A stretch of 64,000 bases of DNA, taken from NCBI GenBank assembly GCA_023213395.1, contig CM041465.1, positions 164,927,741 to 164,991,740 of the forward strand, in the 5' to 3' direction. Each line of letters begins with the position of its first letter. The first letter of the stretch is position 1. The stretch is from Cycas panzhihuaensis. Its lineage: Eukaryota; Plantae; Cycadophyta. A model generated the notes under the pieces. That model did not search any database, had not been told where the DNA came from, and was given only the letters and a program-made list of their open reading frames with translations. A program made the translations under genes and the position numbers. Below are positions 27,259-42,300 of the stretch, piece by piece.

Positions 27259-30200
27259 TGTTGAACAAACATGAATGAATCTCCTCAAGAGAGATAATTT
27301 TCATTAGATACAACAAGTACATATAAACATGTAATACAATGTAACTGACACTTATAATGACATGTGTCACACACTTGTCACTAAGTACATAAAGAGGGAA
27401 TATGACCCTCAATAACAAAGATCCTAGGTGAAACATTATAATTTAACACCCTCTCTTAATGTTTCACTCTTTTAATCCCAATTTGTCTTTGAGAAATAGG
27501 AACCTATCTTTGTTGAGAGGTTTCATTAGAATGTCTGCAATTTGTTCAGTTGTTGAACAGTATACTGAATCAACCTCTTTGTTTTGCACCTTTTCTCTTA
27601 TAAAATGATGATGAACCTCAATATGTTTTGTTCGGGCATGAAGAATAGGATTCTTGGTCAGTTTAATAGCGCTCTAATTGTCACAGAAAAGAGTCATCGG
27701 TTCTTCCTGTTGTCAATTTAGATCTGATAGAAGCTATCTGAGCCATACCGTTTCACATGTTGCACTAACAACTGACTTGTATTCCGCTTTTCTAGATAAA
27801 AGAGCAACTATAGCTTGTTTTTTACTACTCCAAGAGATTACTGCTAGCCCAAGAAAGAAGCAATGACCACTAGTAGATTTCCTTTTTTCTCTGTCTCCAA
27901 CCCAATCTGAATCACGGTAACCAACTAATTTTTCTGTTTTGTTTTTGGATATACGAGTCTTAAATTGATAGATCCCTTTAAATACCTAAGGATCCTTTTT
28001 GTTGCTTTCCAATGTTTGATCCTGGGATCCTGCATATATCTTGAAACTAGACTCACTGCATATGAAATGTCTGGTCTGGTTGCAATAAGGTATATGAGAC
28101 TACTAATTAATTGTTTGTAGAGAGTTCCATCAACACTTTGTTCATCTTCACTGGGAGAGAGATCACAACCTACTTCCATAGGTGTGACGCAGGTATAACT
28201 TTCTTCCATTTTGAATCTGGACAACAAATTTTTGATGTATCTGCTTTGAGATAAGGAGACTGAATCTTTTTCTTGTCCTATTTCGATTCCTAGATAGTAA
28301 TTTAATAAACCCTAAATCAATCATTTCAAATCCCCTTTTTAGTTGAGCTCTTATGTTTTCAATTGATTCAGTGTTATTACTAGTGAGAATCATATCATCA
28401 ACATCAGTAGTTATGATTGTAATCAAACCTTGTCTTTTTTTGGTGTATAGGTTGGAATCTGAACTGCATCTGTTAAACCCATTCTAGATGAGATATTTAT
28501 CTAGTTTAGCATACCAAGCACTGGGAGCCTGTTTTAATCCATACAAGGCCTTTTTTAATTTGTATACAAAGTTTTCTTTACCGATCTGAACAAAACCTTC
28601 AGGTTGCTTCATATAAACTTCTTCTTCAAGATCATAATTTAAGAATGTACTTTTTACATCCAATTGATATATTTTCCAATTATTTTGAGCTGCCAAAGCT
28701 ATTACAACTCTTACAGTATCAAGTTTAGCTATTGGAGAAAATCTTTCTTCGAAATCTATTCCATGAGTCTGAGTGTAGCCTTTGGCAACTAGTTTGGCTT
28801 TATATTTGCTTATTCCTCCATCTACATTTTCTTTGATTTTGTATACCCATTTATAGTTGACTATGGATTTCCCTGGAGGCGGATTTACTAAATCCCAGGT
28901 CTGATTCTTGGTGATCAACTCCATTTCTTCGTTCATAGCAGCTTTCCTTTCTTGGTGATCTTTAGCTTCTTCAAATAACTAAGGTTCTACATATGTGAGG
29001 AGAGCATGAGGCTTTTGACTTCTTGTTTTATGAGCATACACGTCTCCTTTGCTTTCTTCAATGGTCTTTAGATACTGCTTTGGTATCTTTTTCCTTTCCT
29101 TGCTTTCTTCATCATCAATTCTAGTTTCAACTTCGTCTGATGATGTTTCTCCTTCTCTATTAATAGAAATATCTTGAGATTCCCTCTTTGCCTCATTTGT
29201 CTCTATATTCTCTGAAGTGATTTCAAAGATTTCTTCAACTGGGAATTGAGGTTGCACTAACCTTTTAGAGGTTTCTTCTATCAATTGTTGCACTCCTGCG
29301 CTTTTAATGTGTTCAAGCTCATCAAATACAACATCTGTGCTAATATAGACCTTATTTGTCTTAGGGTCTATACATTTGTAGGCCTTAGAGCTTTTACTAT
29401 AGCCTACCATAATACATTCTATACTCTTGGAATCCAATTTTGACCTCTTTTTATCTGGAATATGAACGAAAGCTTTACATCCAAAAATTCTCATGTTACT
29501 TACATCTGGTTTGACATTGGTCCAAGCTTCCTCTGGAGTGATGTGATCTAGAACTTTTGTAGGACTTCTATTTATCAGATATGCAGCTGTGTTGACTCCT
29601 TCGGCCCAGTAGATTTTTGAAACCTGATTTTCTTCGATCATGCATATGGCCATCTCCATGATTGTCCTATTCATCCATTCAACAGCTCCATTTGACTAAG
29701 GAGTGTAGGGAGTAGTCATTGGTCTCTTGATCCCATGAGACTTGCAGAAGTGTAGAAAGTCGTTTGATATGTATTCGCCACCGCCATCTGACCTGATACA
29801 TTTAATTTTTGTTCTGAATTCCAATTCGGCTTCTACTTTGAATTCTTTGAATTTTTCAAACATCGCGAATTTACAATATAAAAAATAAATCCAAATTCTC
29901 CTAGAGAAGTCATCAATGAAAGACACGAAATATCTCGCACCGTTGATGGAGCAGGGTATGAGAAGACCATAGAAATTAGTGTGAATCAATTCTAGCTTAT
30001 TTTGAGCTTACCATTGACTGGCTTTGAATGGAAGACAATGTTGTTTTACTAACATACAACTTTTGCACATGAGGTGTTGAAAAGAGATGTTAGGAAGACC
30101 ATTAACCATTTTAAAACTTTTTAACTGCATCAATCTATCAGAGGAGATGTGCCCATACTTCAAATGCCACAATTTATTATTATCATCGTTAACAACAGTA

Positions 30201-32491
30201 CATGCCTTTTCATTGATGTAGATTGGTTTTGAAAGTAACTTTTAGAGATCATTACTTTCTATACCTTTAGTAATCATTGCACCTCCATTTTTCATATCTA
30301 AAATATAGCAGAAACTGTTTTCATCAAACACGGTTCTCAATTTCTTTTTTCTCAGCTAAGAAATAGAAAGGAGATTCTTTTTTAGCGCTTCAACAAACAA
30401 AACATTGCCGATTTTTTGTATCCCTTCTTTTATTTTGAGAGCAATGGTACCAATTCCTTCAATATGCAAAGGATGTTTATCTCCTAGTTCAACAAACTTA
30501 TGAGAGGTAAAAGGTTTTAATGATTCCAACCAGTCTTTTCTTCCAGTCACATGCCTGGATGCTCCTGAGTCAATGTACCAGATTTCTTCATCTCTAAGGC
30601 AGGTGGTGAGAGCAACCAGGAATGTAGTTTCCTCCTCATCATCATCATCTTGTACTTTGCTAAAGTTTCTACCAGGTTGTTTTCCCTTTTGAATTTTGGT
30701 TCTTTTTTGAGGACATTGATAAGGATAATGTTTAGATCAATCACAATGACAACATACATCGAAGGCCCTACAGTTGTTGGAATAGTGACCAAGTTTTTTG
30801 CAGTTGAAGCATACTCTGACCTCTCTAGTAGGTATGCTGCGTCCTCTACCATGGTTGTCTTAACTTCTTCCTCGAGACATGCTTCGAGGGTCAAATGTTC
30901 TACTATGCCCACGTGATTGGCCTCAGCCTCTGGGTCCCAAGTGAAGTTTGGAAACAAAAATGTCTTCAATTTTTGTCATATCCTCATAACATTTGTTTCT
31001 TTATTCTTGTCTAAGGAGAAGACCTGTCAATGTATCAAGAGTCGTGCCACTGATTTGATCACTATTAGTGATTGTATTAATCATTACATCAAATGATCTG
31101 GGCAACTTGCTTGCCACCATCTCTACCAATTTTTGTTCTTCCATTTTGGCACCTACACTTAATAAGTCATTTCTAATGGAAATAACTTTATGGAGAAATT
31201 CAAAAACTGTTTCAAATTCCCTCATATGCAATTTGAATAAATCTTCCTTGAGTGCTATGATACGAGCCTTAGTTTTTTGGCCTTATAAAATTTCAAACAA
31301 CTGCCACACTTCTGAAGAAGAAGAATTTACATTTTCAACATAAACTAGAAGAGGGTCTGAAATGGAAAGTTTCAGAGTGATTAAGCCTACATTGTCTCTT
31401 TCTATCCAACTAGGATAATTCAAACCATCTTCATCTGGCTTCGGTTCCTTGCCTGTAGCAATCTTCCAGGCATTTTTTTTACTCTCAAAAGGATCTCTAT
31501 TTATTTTTCCAGACATGATAATTATTGGAGGTCAGCTTGTCTTGATCTGATAGAGCTAGAACTGAGGAGGCCATTTTAAAATTACTGAGATGACTGAAAA
31601 AATAGATCAAATACAGTCTTGGTCGTACAGCTATACGAAAATCCGTACATAATCAAAGTTGTACGGATGAGAGAGAAAATGGTCCCAAATTCAAGAATGT
31701 GAAAAGGGGTATCCAAATATCTAAATATTTCTTTGAGATTCAGACTGGTCAATGAGAAACAACAAGACAAAGTCGAAAACCCGTGTGGCTAGGGTTTTAG
31801 TAAAAACAATTAAAAAACCACAAAAAAGGAAGAAACTCTGCAAATATGGTATGAATCCCTTCGTATTAACTAGAGAGAAGGATCAGAAGCTAGATACCCA
31901 AATTTTAAGTGGATTTCGTCAAGAAATTTTGAGCAAAAAGGCTCAAATCTGTGCACCTGGTAAAGTGGTTGAATGACCCCCGAAACGAGCTCGAATCAAA
32001 GTGCTTCAAAAATGAAAAATGATGAGGAGATTGAGATCTACAATCTGGCAAAATTTGGCGTAATTCTGAGAACTTTGATTTTGAGGTTCGTACGAACGTA
32101 TAGATCCGTATGCAGGCCATATACAGAGAGTATTGAAGATGGCCTCCAAGATATATGGACCCCTTTCATAAATTTGACTTTGTCCTTAGTCCTTATCTTC
32201 ACTTTGAAACATGCCCTGACTGATACTGCACTTGCCTTTCTCTCACAGATTTGAAAAAAAACTCTCTCAATCAAGCAAAGTAACTTGCTTAGACACCATG
32301 TTGAACAAACATGAATGAATCTCCTTAAGAGAGATAATTTTCATTAGATACAACAAGTACATATATAAATGTAATATAATGTAACCGACACTTATAATGA
32401 TGACATGTGCCACACGCTTGTCACTAAGTACATAAAGAGGGAATATGACCCTTAATAACAAAGATCCTAGGCGAAACATTATAATCTAACA
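27259..32491 (-). mobile_element. Full-length degenerate Copia (LTRs 27259-27448 and 32299-32491) nested in the H 3' LTR
   Basis: Paired ~190-bp LTRs, perfect TSD AGCAA, PPT reverse complement CCCTCTCTTAATG, gag/PR/INT/RT/RH fragments. Confidence 0.93.
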
Positions 32492-32711
32492 AGCAAGTCC
32501 CCTCTTGATTATTTTTTTTTATTTGCATGAGTAAGGCATATAGGGATTGAATTCACACCCTCATGCTTGGTGAGTGTTGTGTGGCATGAAACACACAACC
32601 CATTAAGGTGAGAGCCTCATTTTTGGTGCAGTGTCATGTGGTATGAAACACATAGCCCACTAGTATGAACACATGTAGGATAACTAACATGTGTTACATG
32701 GTATGAATTAC

Positions 32712-33248
32712 CGTTAGAACCTTCATTCCTAAGCATTAAGTCTTGACCTTGTGTATTAATATTTTTGTCACTTTAGGCCCTTTATCCTAAAGTGTTCATT
32801 TGTTGGATTATAAAATTGTCTTTTGTCTTGTAGTAACTTTTCTCACATGTGCTTGTGAGAAGTCAACTTTTGTGGGCTCTATCCTTATCCTTGGAGATAG
32901 AAGAGTCCCAATCAGATTTGTCTCTTAGTGTTGATCGGTGACATGTGGAGAAATCTTAATCATCCAAACTCCTTTATAAGGAGCCCTATTCTCATGTTTT
33001 GGTATGTAGTATTTTAAGTAAGAGTTATGCTGCTGTAAGTGTCTCTTGTAGGTGAAGTGTTGAGAGGAATTCTCCTTCATACTTGTATGTTGTGATAGGT
33101 TGAGTTGAGGTGCAATACTCCTCCCTATCATCTTTTATGTTGTACTACATCATTTCATTAATCTAAGTGTATTGTCCTTCATATTTCGATGTCCTCACTA
33201 GCTTCTCAATAGATTCTGGCACCTGTATCGTCTCCATTTCGTCTTTCA
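32712..33248. mobile_element. Solo LTR in the H 3' LTR
   Basis: (C)GTTAGAA...TTTCA, absent from the H 5' LTR; TSD ATTAC/GTTAC. Confidence 0.75.
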
Positions 33249-34665
33249 GTTACATGAGCCACAAAGAGATGGTCCAAGGAGATTGACTCAATGGTGGAAC
33301 ATGTGGAATGACAATTCCAAACTGGGTGCATAAATTGAATGGTAGCAAAAGATTCAAGAACAATGCAGCAAGGTTTGTGGTTTTGTTATTTTCAAATAGA
33401 GTGCGTATATTGAAATGAAGTAGGAAGTTTAGAAAACAAGCCAACAAGGTTTTGTTGACATCTCTAGATAGAGTTGCATAAATCTAGTGCAGTAGAAAGT
33501 TTGGCTACAATTCAATAGTGTTTTGTTGTTGTTTGTGACCAAAGAAATCCTTAGAATAGGTTAAGGTTTGTGAGCAGAGTGACTTACTAGTACTCGAATG
33601 TTCATATCATGTGCTCCAACTCAGGGGTGCTTTCCTCTTCAAGCTTGCAATTGGTTGGATAGTGAATTCTTTTGAAGTAATCTAGCTAGTCCTCTTCTTC
33701 AATCAAGTTTGTGATCATAACAATTGTCCTAATAATGAAATGTATTGTTGTATCACTTGTTATATTTTTTTGAAATTTATAATTGAAAAAATTATGTTTT
33801 GAAAATCTATATACAACATCATTGACCTCTTGAACCTACAACATCTTTGGGCATACATTCTTCAGCTAACTCTATTTTCTGCTTCTGTGGTTCTGTTTGA
33901 TGTTGGCTTGGTTGGCTGACTCAAGAGAGCCATAGTTAAGCAATGTTACAACTAACCCTTGGGTAAAGTAGGCGGTTGGTCTTTGACATAGGACAAACAT
34001 TCTAAGAAACAATACACGCATCTAATAAAACTTAATTGAGAGTTGAAACAAAAATACATGTAAATATCCCAAGATGCAAGCACATCTTCATCAAAGGAGA
34101 GCAATAGTCATTAGACACAACGTATAAAAGATGCCTTTAAACTTATCTACCAACTAAACCAATCTCACACACATGATGTGAATTTACCTGTGGAATTATT
34201 AAGAGAGAGCATCTCTACAAAGCCACCAAAGAGTGATATAGGAGATATCATTGCTAATACAAATTTAATGTTTCCTAACATACAGAAGCTAACAACATGC
34301 CAAGGACAAGAGATTCAATGCCAAATAATAATTAATGTCAAAGAGTAATTGTCCAAAACTTGAATATAATGGTGAAAGCCAAGTCCTCTATTGAACTATC
34401 ATTGCTTACTCTTCAATAAAGTAATCACACATACTACCATAACTTGGTAGGCGACGACACAAATAAGTCTATCATTACAATTATCATATTATGTTAAACA
34501 ACGCTACCTCCTTGCCGATAGAAAACTCTAATCTTAGCTTCAGAACAAGCACAATAAGAGTAGAAACAATCATGTTTTCCCATCGATTTGCATGGGATTT
34601 ATATGAGAAAAGCACCTGTCAACTACCATAATTGTCAACTGCCCTAACTATCATGATGTCTATCT

Positions 34666-37600
34666 TGTTAGAGATAATGTTTATCCCTATGTATATAACT
34701 TATGCCCCTAGGATTTTAACTTATGTTTGTATCTTAGATAATTAAGGGTTATGTGTCATTTCCCCTCTTTACCCATGTAAAGTGTCTTCTCTTGTGTTTA
34801 TGCACATTCTCACAATGGATTAATCAATGAATGATTACTCAAAAATAAAGAAATCATAGGAAGAGAAGCAGAAGAAAATGGGCTTTATAAATTTGTAGCT
34901 ACTCCTACAACTTGCGTGCAAGAGAAAAAGGCATGTAACTCTGAAAGAAATGACTATAGCTTAATGAAGTTAGGTCATACAAAGTGTGACCAGAAATAGA
35001 GTAAGGCCGTACTAAGCGTGACCAAGTATGACCAGGTACGACCAAACGTAGCCAAAGGTGCAGCCAAGTATGACCAGATGTGACCAAAGGTGTGACTTAG
35101 TTACAATCAGGCACCCAAAATATGATTGGAATTGTAATTTAATGGTGGAGTTGATTGCTAATGATATGATTAGTTATGTAATAGTTGACAATTGTAACCA
35201 AGTATGTAAAATGTAACTAAATGACTTAAGTTAAATAGTTCTATGATGTATCAAGTATGCACGTGTGTAGATCATAGGAATTCTTGGGCATTCTTGATAC
35301 TGTCTGTATCGCAGGCTTTTCCATCATGTACTGCTCTAGCCTGCGTCTGGTTGTGGGAGGACTAGATGCAAGGCCTTTATATCAATGACGTATTGGTTTG
35401 CATGCTCAATTTTATGTATCTTGTGTTGTCTTATTTTGTTCTAGTTAGATGTGAATAATTAGCACCACACACAACTGCAGTCCTCAAGCCCTCTCTATAG
35501 ATCTTGACAATAAGAGTGAAATATGGCATTTAAGGTATAGGCATCTCTCTTATGATTGCTTGTTTCAACTAAAAACACACAATATGGTAGAAAGTCTTCC
35601 TCCCATTAAAAGACCTAAATCAATATGCAAAGGCCGCATGCTAGGAAAATAACATTAGCAAAGATTTCAACCAAGCTCTTGGCGATCTTAGAACAAGCTT
35701 GAGCTTATTCACAATAATATTTGTGGGCCTATTACTCCTTTCTCAATAGCAAGAGCCAAGTACTATTTTGACATTTATAGATGATTGTACAAGGAAAATT
35801 TGGATCTACTTCTTCAAAAGCAAATTTTAAGCATTTCATATCTTCAAGGAATTCAAAACCCAACTTGAAAAGGAGGGTGAAAGAAAGATCAAGATCTTAA
35901 GGACAGATAATGGAGGAAAATTCACCTCCAATGATTTCTACAAATACTATAAGGTAGATGGGATCAAAAGACAACTCACCACAGCCTACACCCCTCAATC
36001 CAATGGGGTTGCAGAACAAAAGAATAGAACCACTACCGAGTGGCTAGAGCCCTCCTCAAAGGAAGCAACACTTCAAATATATACTAGGCAGAAGCTATTA
36101 ACACAACTGCTTATCTTCTCAATAGGAGTCCCACTAAAGCCTTGGTAGGGATAACTCCTGAAGAACCTTGGACAAGGAAAAAAACAAATATCTTGCATCT
36201 CAAAGCTTTTTATTGCACTACATTTGTTCACATTCCTAATGAAAAAAGGAAGAAACTAGATGATAAAAGTCAAAAATGCATTCTTGTAGGCTACAATGAA
36301 AAATCCAAGGCATACATATGCATGGATCCCAAAAGTGACAAAATAATCATAAGTAGAGATGTCACCTTTGATGAGTCTTTGTCCAATAATTTAGTTCAAG
36401 AATCAGAATCCTCCCCTCTTTACTCATTAGATAAAGAAGAAATTGGAAAAGACTCTCATTCTAAAATTCAAACAAAAGAAGCTCAAGTAGGTACTCAAGA
36501 AGCCACATCCAGCATGCAAGGTAGTCCAACAAATGGACAACATACTGCAGCAAGGAGAGTGCCTAAATGGTAGGTTAAGACTCTACAAGAGTCAAAACTC
36601 CAAAATATTGAAGATTTAGAAAGCGGAAGGACTAGAAATCAAGTCCAACATTCTCTCCTATGTAACATTGAGTCTATAACTTATGAAGAAGCTAATAAAA
36701 ATAAAAATTGGGTGCAAGCCATGGACGAAGAAATTAACACAATCGAAAGGAATAATACTTGGGATCTAGTTCCACCACCACTAGGTAAACCCATTATAAG
36801 ATGTAAATGGGTCTTCAAAACAAAAGAAAAGGCAGATGGAACTATTGAGAAATACAAGGCCCGACTAGTTGCCTGAGGCTTTACTAAAACCAAAGGAATC
36901 GGCTCTGACAAGACTTTTGCTCCTGTAGCAAAAATGATCACCTTTAGAATTGTCCTAGCTACTACTACACAACATGGATGGAAAGTGTACCATATGGACA
37001 TTAAAGGAGCATTCTTGAATGGTAACCTATCAGAAAAGGTCTACATGGAACAGTCGTATGGTTACATAAAAGATGGGGAAGAGCACTTGGTGTGTAAATT
37101 TAAAAAGGCCCTATATGGCTAAAACAAGCACCAAGATATTGGTATGACATGATAGACCAACATCTAAAGCAATGTAGATTCTTTAGATGTGAAACTAATC
37201 CAAGTCTTTATATACACAAAGCAACAAATGGAAAAATAACCATAATTGTTTTGTATGTAGATGATCTCCTCATCATTGGAGACAACACAAAAAAAATATC
37301 AGAAACAAAACACAGCATGAGCACATCCTTTAAGATGACGAATTTGGGGTTGCTTCACTACTACCTAGGAGTGGAGGTGGATCAACAACAAAACAAAAGT
37401 TTTCTGTTGCAAAGCAAATATGTCAGAAGATTGTTGCTTGGCTTCAACATGGGAGATTGTAAGTCGACAGTTACATCAATGGAAATAGGGAGCAAATCTA
37501 CTACAAATGATGAAGGGCAACTAGTAAATGAAACCTTATATAGAAGGCTGATAGGAAATCTTATTTATCTCACAACAAACAGACTTGATATTGTATGTTA

Positions 37601-38429
37601 TTGGAATAATCTCTAGGTACATGAAAACTCTCAAGGAGATTCAGTGAACAATGGCCAAAAGAATACTTAGATATATCAAAGGAACTCCTAATTTAGGGTT
37701 ACCATATTCAAAAGCCCAAGCGTTCAAACTGATTGGACACACAAATTCTGATTGGGTAGGAGATGTCAATGATAAGAAATCCACCACTGAGTATTATTGT
37801 AGCCTAGGCACGGGGATCATTTCATTGTACAACAAAAAACAACCAACTATTGCATTGTCCTCAATAGAAGTTGAATAGAAGGCTACAGTGAACACCTCTT
37901 GTGAAGCAATCTAGCTTAAAAGGATGATGGAAGAGCTAAATCAGTCACAATTTTCTCCAATTCCAATATGCTATAACAGCTAGAGTGCAATCACAATGAC
38001 AAAACAACACAGTTTTTCATGCCAAGACAAAGCACATCGAAGTTCATCATCATTTGATTCCATAAAAGTTCAACAGAAGAAAATAGAACTACTATATTGT
38101 CCATGTAAAGAAGAATTAGCAAATATCTTCACCAAAGCACCAACGAAACAAAAATTTTAGTATCTCAAGCAACAGATTGGGGTAGGATTAAGGGAATAAA
38201 CATTATGGGGGAATGTTAGAGATAATATTTATCTCTATGTATATAACTTACGTCCCTAGGATTATAACTTATGTTTGTATCTTAGATAATTAAGGGTTAT
38301 GTGTCATTTCCCATCTTTACACTTATAGGACACTTACCGCTTATGCAGAGGGTCTTCTCTTGTATTTATGCACATTCTGACAATGGATTAACCAATGACT
38401 CATTACTCATTCTGTCTTCATATCTAACG
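34666..38429 (+). mobile_element. Internally deleted Copia: truncated 5' LTR, foreign LTR piece 34842-35472, INT-RT-RH, 3' LTR 38214-38429
   Basis: LTR homology TGTTAGAGATAAT. PBS and gag missing. INT/RT motifs (LRTDNGG, YVDD, SDWVGD). No clean TSD found. Confidence 0.85.
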
Positions 38430-39151
38430 CTGCCTTTCACTATCTTTCTTCTCTTTATGTTTGTTGATCTACCTAACCTGCTATCCAAATGAGTTTGGAA
38501 CTGTGTGACTACTACCATGCTTCTTCATAAGTATCAGATTTCTAGCTTTTCTTATTTGTACATATCATAATTGTAACATCATATAAGTGCAATGCTAGCC
38601 ACAAACAGAATAACTAGCATTTACAATATACACAACACTGAACAATTATAAGAACAAGTCACATGAAAGTGTAGAATCATTCTTAGGTTCCAAGTTGCAT
38701 AAGTTTGATATAATGTTGGGATTAGGGTATAAGCAATTAGTATGTCTATAGTAAATTTTTAGCAAGATACTAAGACAAGCTTGATTGAAGCTAGTATTCA
38801 AAGCAAACTAGTGCCATAGCTTAATTATAGAGTGTCATGACAAACGATGGATGTAACTGTGTTTTCGATCAGTATAAGCAAGCATGTTTACAACAAAAAC
38901 AGAAAAAAACAACTACCGTTTTTATGTACGTATAGCTACTTCCATACAAGTCACTTCACCAACAGATACCATTCAGTAGTTGAGACAGTACAAACAATTG
39001 CCCATTGTCGCCAGTGCAAACAATCATATCCTTGAAAAGGACCTCAGAGACTGGTCAATACATAAGCAAATGAATTTAATTATGTGTGCACTTCATTGGC
39101 AACCATAGAAATACAACCAAGTTCATATAGATACAGCAAAGATATTCTCAC

Positions 39152-39340
39152 CTCTGATGGATGGAACACCAGATTATCGATTCGATAGTCTCCATGAACA
39201 AGGCCAGTCTTTGACCCCTTTTTAGAATCTTCAGCTGGTATATGCTGCCTAAGCCAGTCAATGAGTTCTAGCAGCTTAGGATTTTGATCTGGTTTTCCTT
39301 TGCCAGTTGAAGCTAAATATTGCTTTGCCCATCTTTCTAC
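39152..39340 (-). CDS. IBR3: Internal exon (63 codons, phase 0) of an IBR3/ACAD10-11-type acyl-CoA dehydrogenase, aminoglycoside phosphotransferase-like domain
   Basis: tttatag|VERWAKQYLASTGKGKPDQNPKLLELIDWLRQHIPAEDSKKGSKTGLVHGDYRIDNLVFHPSE|gtgag. Canonical splice sites, no stops, HGDxRxDN motif. Not in the ORF track because it has no start codon. Confidence 0.92.
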
Positions 39341-42300
39341 CTATAAAGCCATAAAAATAATGGCAAACCAAAATTGAATAATTACTTTATTTTTGGTTTG
39401 AGAAAATAGAGTTATAGAACAAATCCTCTGATAAAATACTGTGATCCTCTCTCCTTGCCTTGATATTATATATACAATTACTACAGTCCTTTAAGGATGA
39501 GATGCCCACCAGTTCAGATTTAAGATCTATTTTCAAGACCAGACAAATTGCTTTTAGAATACCAGAAATGAATTACAATAAATACCAGGCCAAAATCAAT
39601 AATAATCTTCTAGAGTCTTTGTCCTCTTCGCCCAGTAAAAAATGGATATTTATGAACAAGAAGTTTGATCAAAACGAAATAGAAATGATAGAATAGACGC
39701 ATATTGGCGCATGCTTTTTATAGAAAAATGAATGGCCTTAAGAAAAAACAGAATTGGTAGTACATTATTTTGCCCATTAATTTATAGGAATATAGCCCAC
39801 CTAAGGCAAAAGCAAGGTCTCATACAAAAGGTGAAATATATAGAAGCATTTAAACAAGATACAAGATCAAGAATTTCCAACCCGACAGACCTATTACAAC
39901 ATTGAAAGTCTAGTGTCTCACAAAAGATATTAATGACTTTACCATGATCTAGAAGTGACTGTAGGAACCAGTAGCATGCAGGCAGACTAAAACTTCTCTT
40001 GAAGATAACAAAAGCTCAAGACAATAGTCATGCACAGTACCACTAGATCAGCAACTCTGAAATGCATATTTAAGGCTGGAATGAAAATATTAATGGTCCA
40101 CATTGTCTTCCGCATAGACAACTGGGCTAAGTTATATGTGACATAAATGTGTGCATCCATAAGAGAGCTGCTCTTGTGAACAATATGCATCAGCCTATGT
40201 TGTTACAACCATGTGACCATAAGCTGAATTTATGCCATGTTATGGCCAGATAGACATTAGTATCATACTTGATCCTAACTATTTGACTTCCAGCCAAATA
40301 TTAGCCATATGACCGTGGGCTACCCAATTAGAGAACTGTAGTCTAGTCAATCAGAAAGAAAGAATCAAAGAAACTATATTAACATCCTCAAATGATAAAA
40401 AGTGGTCAATGGAATTAGCAGAACAATATAAAGTTGCAATACATTGAGGGGTACCTAGAGCATCTCCAATGTAAATCTGAGTAGGTACACATGAATAGTA
40501 TGGTATAGAAAAACTCGAAAAATGTTCCATGACAAATGTCCAAATCTCAATGCACATGATCTTGTATAGACAGTACAAGTAGCCATTGTGGATCGTATGC
40601 CTGCCATCCCACTCAAGATGTCTTTGTGACCTCATTCTCCCTATCAACAACTGTAAAATCTCCAACCACTTGCCACATAAAATCATTAAGTGAAGCTTGA
40701 TCTATGGCAGAAGAGAAGCTGATGTGTCCTTGTAGAAACCTAGGGAGTTGTCTCCCCCAAGGTCAAGCACTATCTTCCCAGACACTCAATGCTGAGGTGC
40801 AAATATCACATGAAGAATGACTAGTGGAAAGGGCTTGAAGCAGAGCTAGAGCATCACACCCTTAGTCTAGTAGTTTTTCTCACTTTGTTACCCCACTTTC
40901 TACATAAGGGTCATGTAGGAAATGGACCAGTGATTCAGGTGTGTGGACAATTTTTGACTACAGAATGGCACACCAACTGTCCCAAGGCTGCCCGTTTGCT
41001 CCATGGCCAAATGTCATCTTCAATTTGTCCTTGGTTAGCTCTGTGTGACTTGATATCTTCAAGGCTCCACCTCTGCAAGTTAGGCTTCATATGCATATAG
41101 AAATCCTCAACCAAGAATATGCACACATTCCCAATAATACACATAATGTTTGTCATAACTTAATATTGCATTAAATGATGACTGAATACATGATTGGCTA
41201 CCTTTGCTTAGGTATACATTGACTAGATCAGTTCTCACAGTGAAATGGGGTGTGAAATGCCCTATTTATACCCTAAAATAGGTGCCATAATACAAAAGGT
41301 GTGACTTTGGAATTGTGACCTTTGACTCTTCAAACTAAATGACACAATTACATAATACAACTTTAACAAATGATGATGCTTCACAGTTCCATACGTTTGT
41401 ATGGTTCTAGCATGTTAGAATTAATGTTTACAATGTTAAGGACATAACTTAATGTTCTAGGTCCTAATACATCTTAGAGTGAGCTTGGTGAGTCATAAAA
41501 ATCATCACTTGATGGATGACGACTGTCTATGGTAGTTAAATATTCCCTTAATGAACGTGTGACAAGCACCAGTACAGTTACAAGTTTGTGTGACCATTAC
41601 CAATCCTGAATTGTATTAATATCTATATCATGGTTTGTACATATCATCAAGAATTCCTAATAAATTGAAATCTTCGAAGGTAGACCAATTCTACCAAGAA
41701 AAGATCCTATGTGCAATACTATTCTTGGTTCATTTTAACTCACTCACATTTGGTATTAGAGCTAATTTGTAAGATGAGAGCCAGACTTAGAAAATTTAAA
41801 AGTGGAACTTGTTCTTGGGTTTGTTGAGCTATAGTGAGTCTTCAAAATTCAAAGAAAAAGGGGTTTTTGGAGCTAAAAAATTAGATTGTAGGAGTTGCAT
41901 GCTTAGGGCATCATAAATGCCAGGAATGTTGTGGTGTTATGTTAATTATTAAGAAAAAAGGAGAGGAGGAAAATTTTTGCTACGGAAATCTTTTCTAGCA
42001 TGGTGCTTCTCTAGGTTTTGCATATTACTGTAGTACCCATTCAATTTTTTATCTAAATTTCAAATTTGAATTGAAGAGGATGTTAACAAGTTCAAACTCG
42101 AACATGAATTCAAAGTTCAAAAAAATACAAATAAAAAACTGCAAGCCGAAAATGCCCAAATGTAACTCCCACTCAATTAAGAAGGTGATTGAGCATCTTA
42201 GAGGCTGACCCTAAAAGAACGAATGTAAGAAGGGGACAAACACAGAAGGGCTGAAAGCTTAGAGGAAAGCATGAACAAAAGATGCCATTGAATGTAGACA

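Larger units (their letters stand above)
13067..33988 (+). mobile_element. Element H: non-autonomous chromoviral Gypsy with ~2.6-kb LTRs (5' 13067-15694; 3' 20015-33988, split by three insertions)
   Basis: Long direct-repeat homology between the two LTRs. PBS T(A)GTATCAGAGC at 15698, PPT GGGAAGGGGA before 20015, TSD TAGAA/TAGGA. RT/RH/INT remnants and chromodomain-like WKHLTPEETTWELE. No gag or protease recognised. Confidence 0.85.

Noticed and set aside
40200-41412. Possible additional LTR or solo LTR
   Set aside because: LTR-like composition, but no termini pair or TSD could be fixed.
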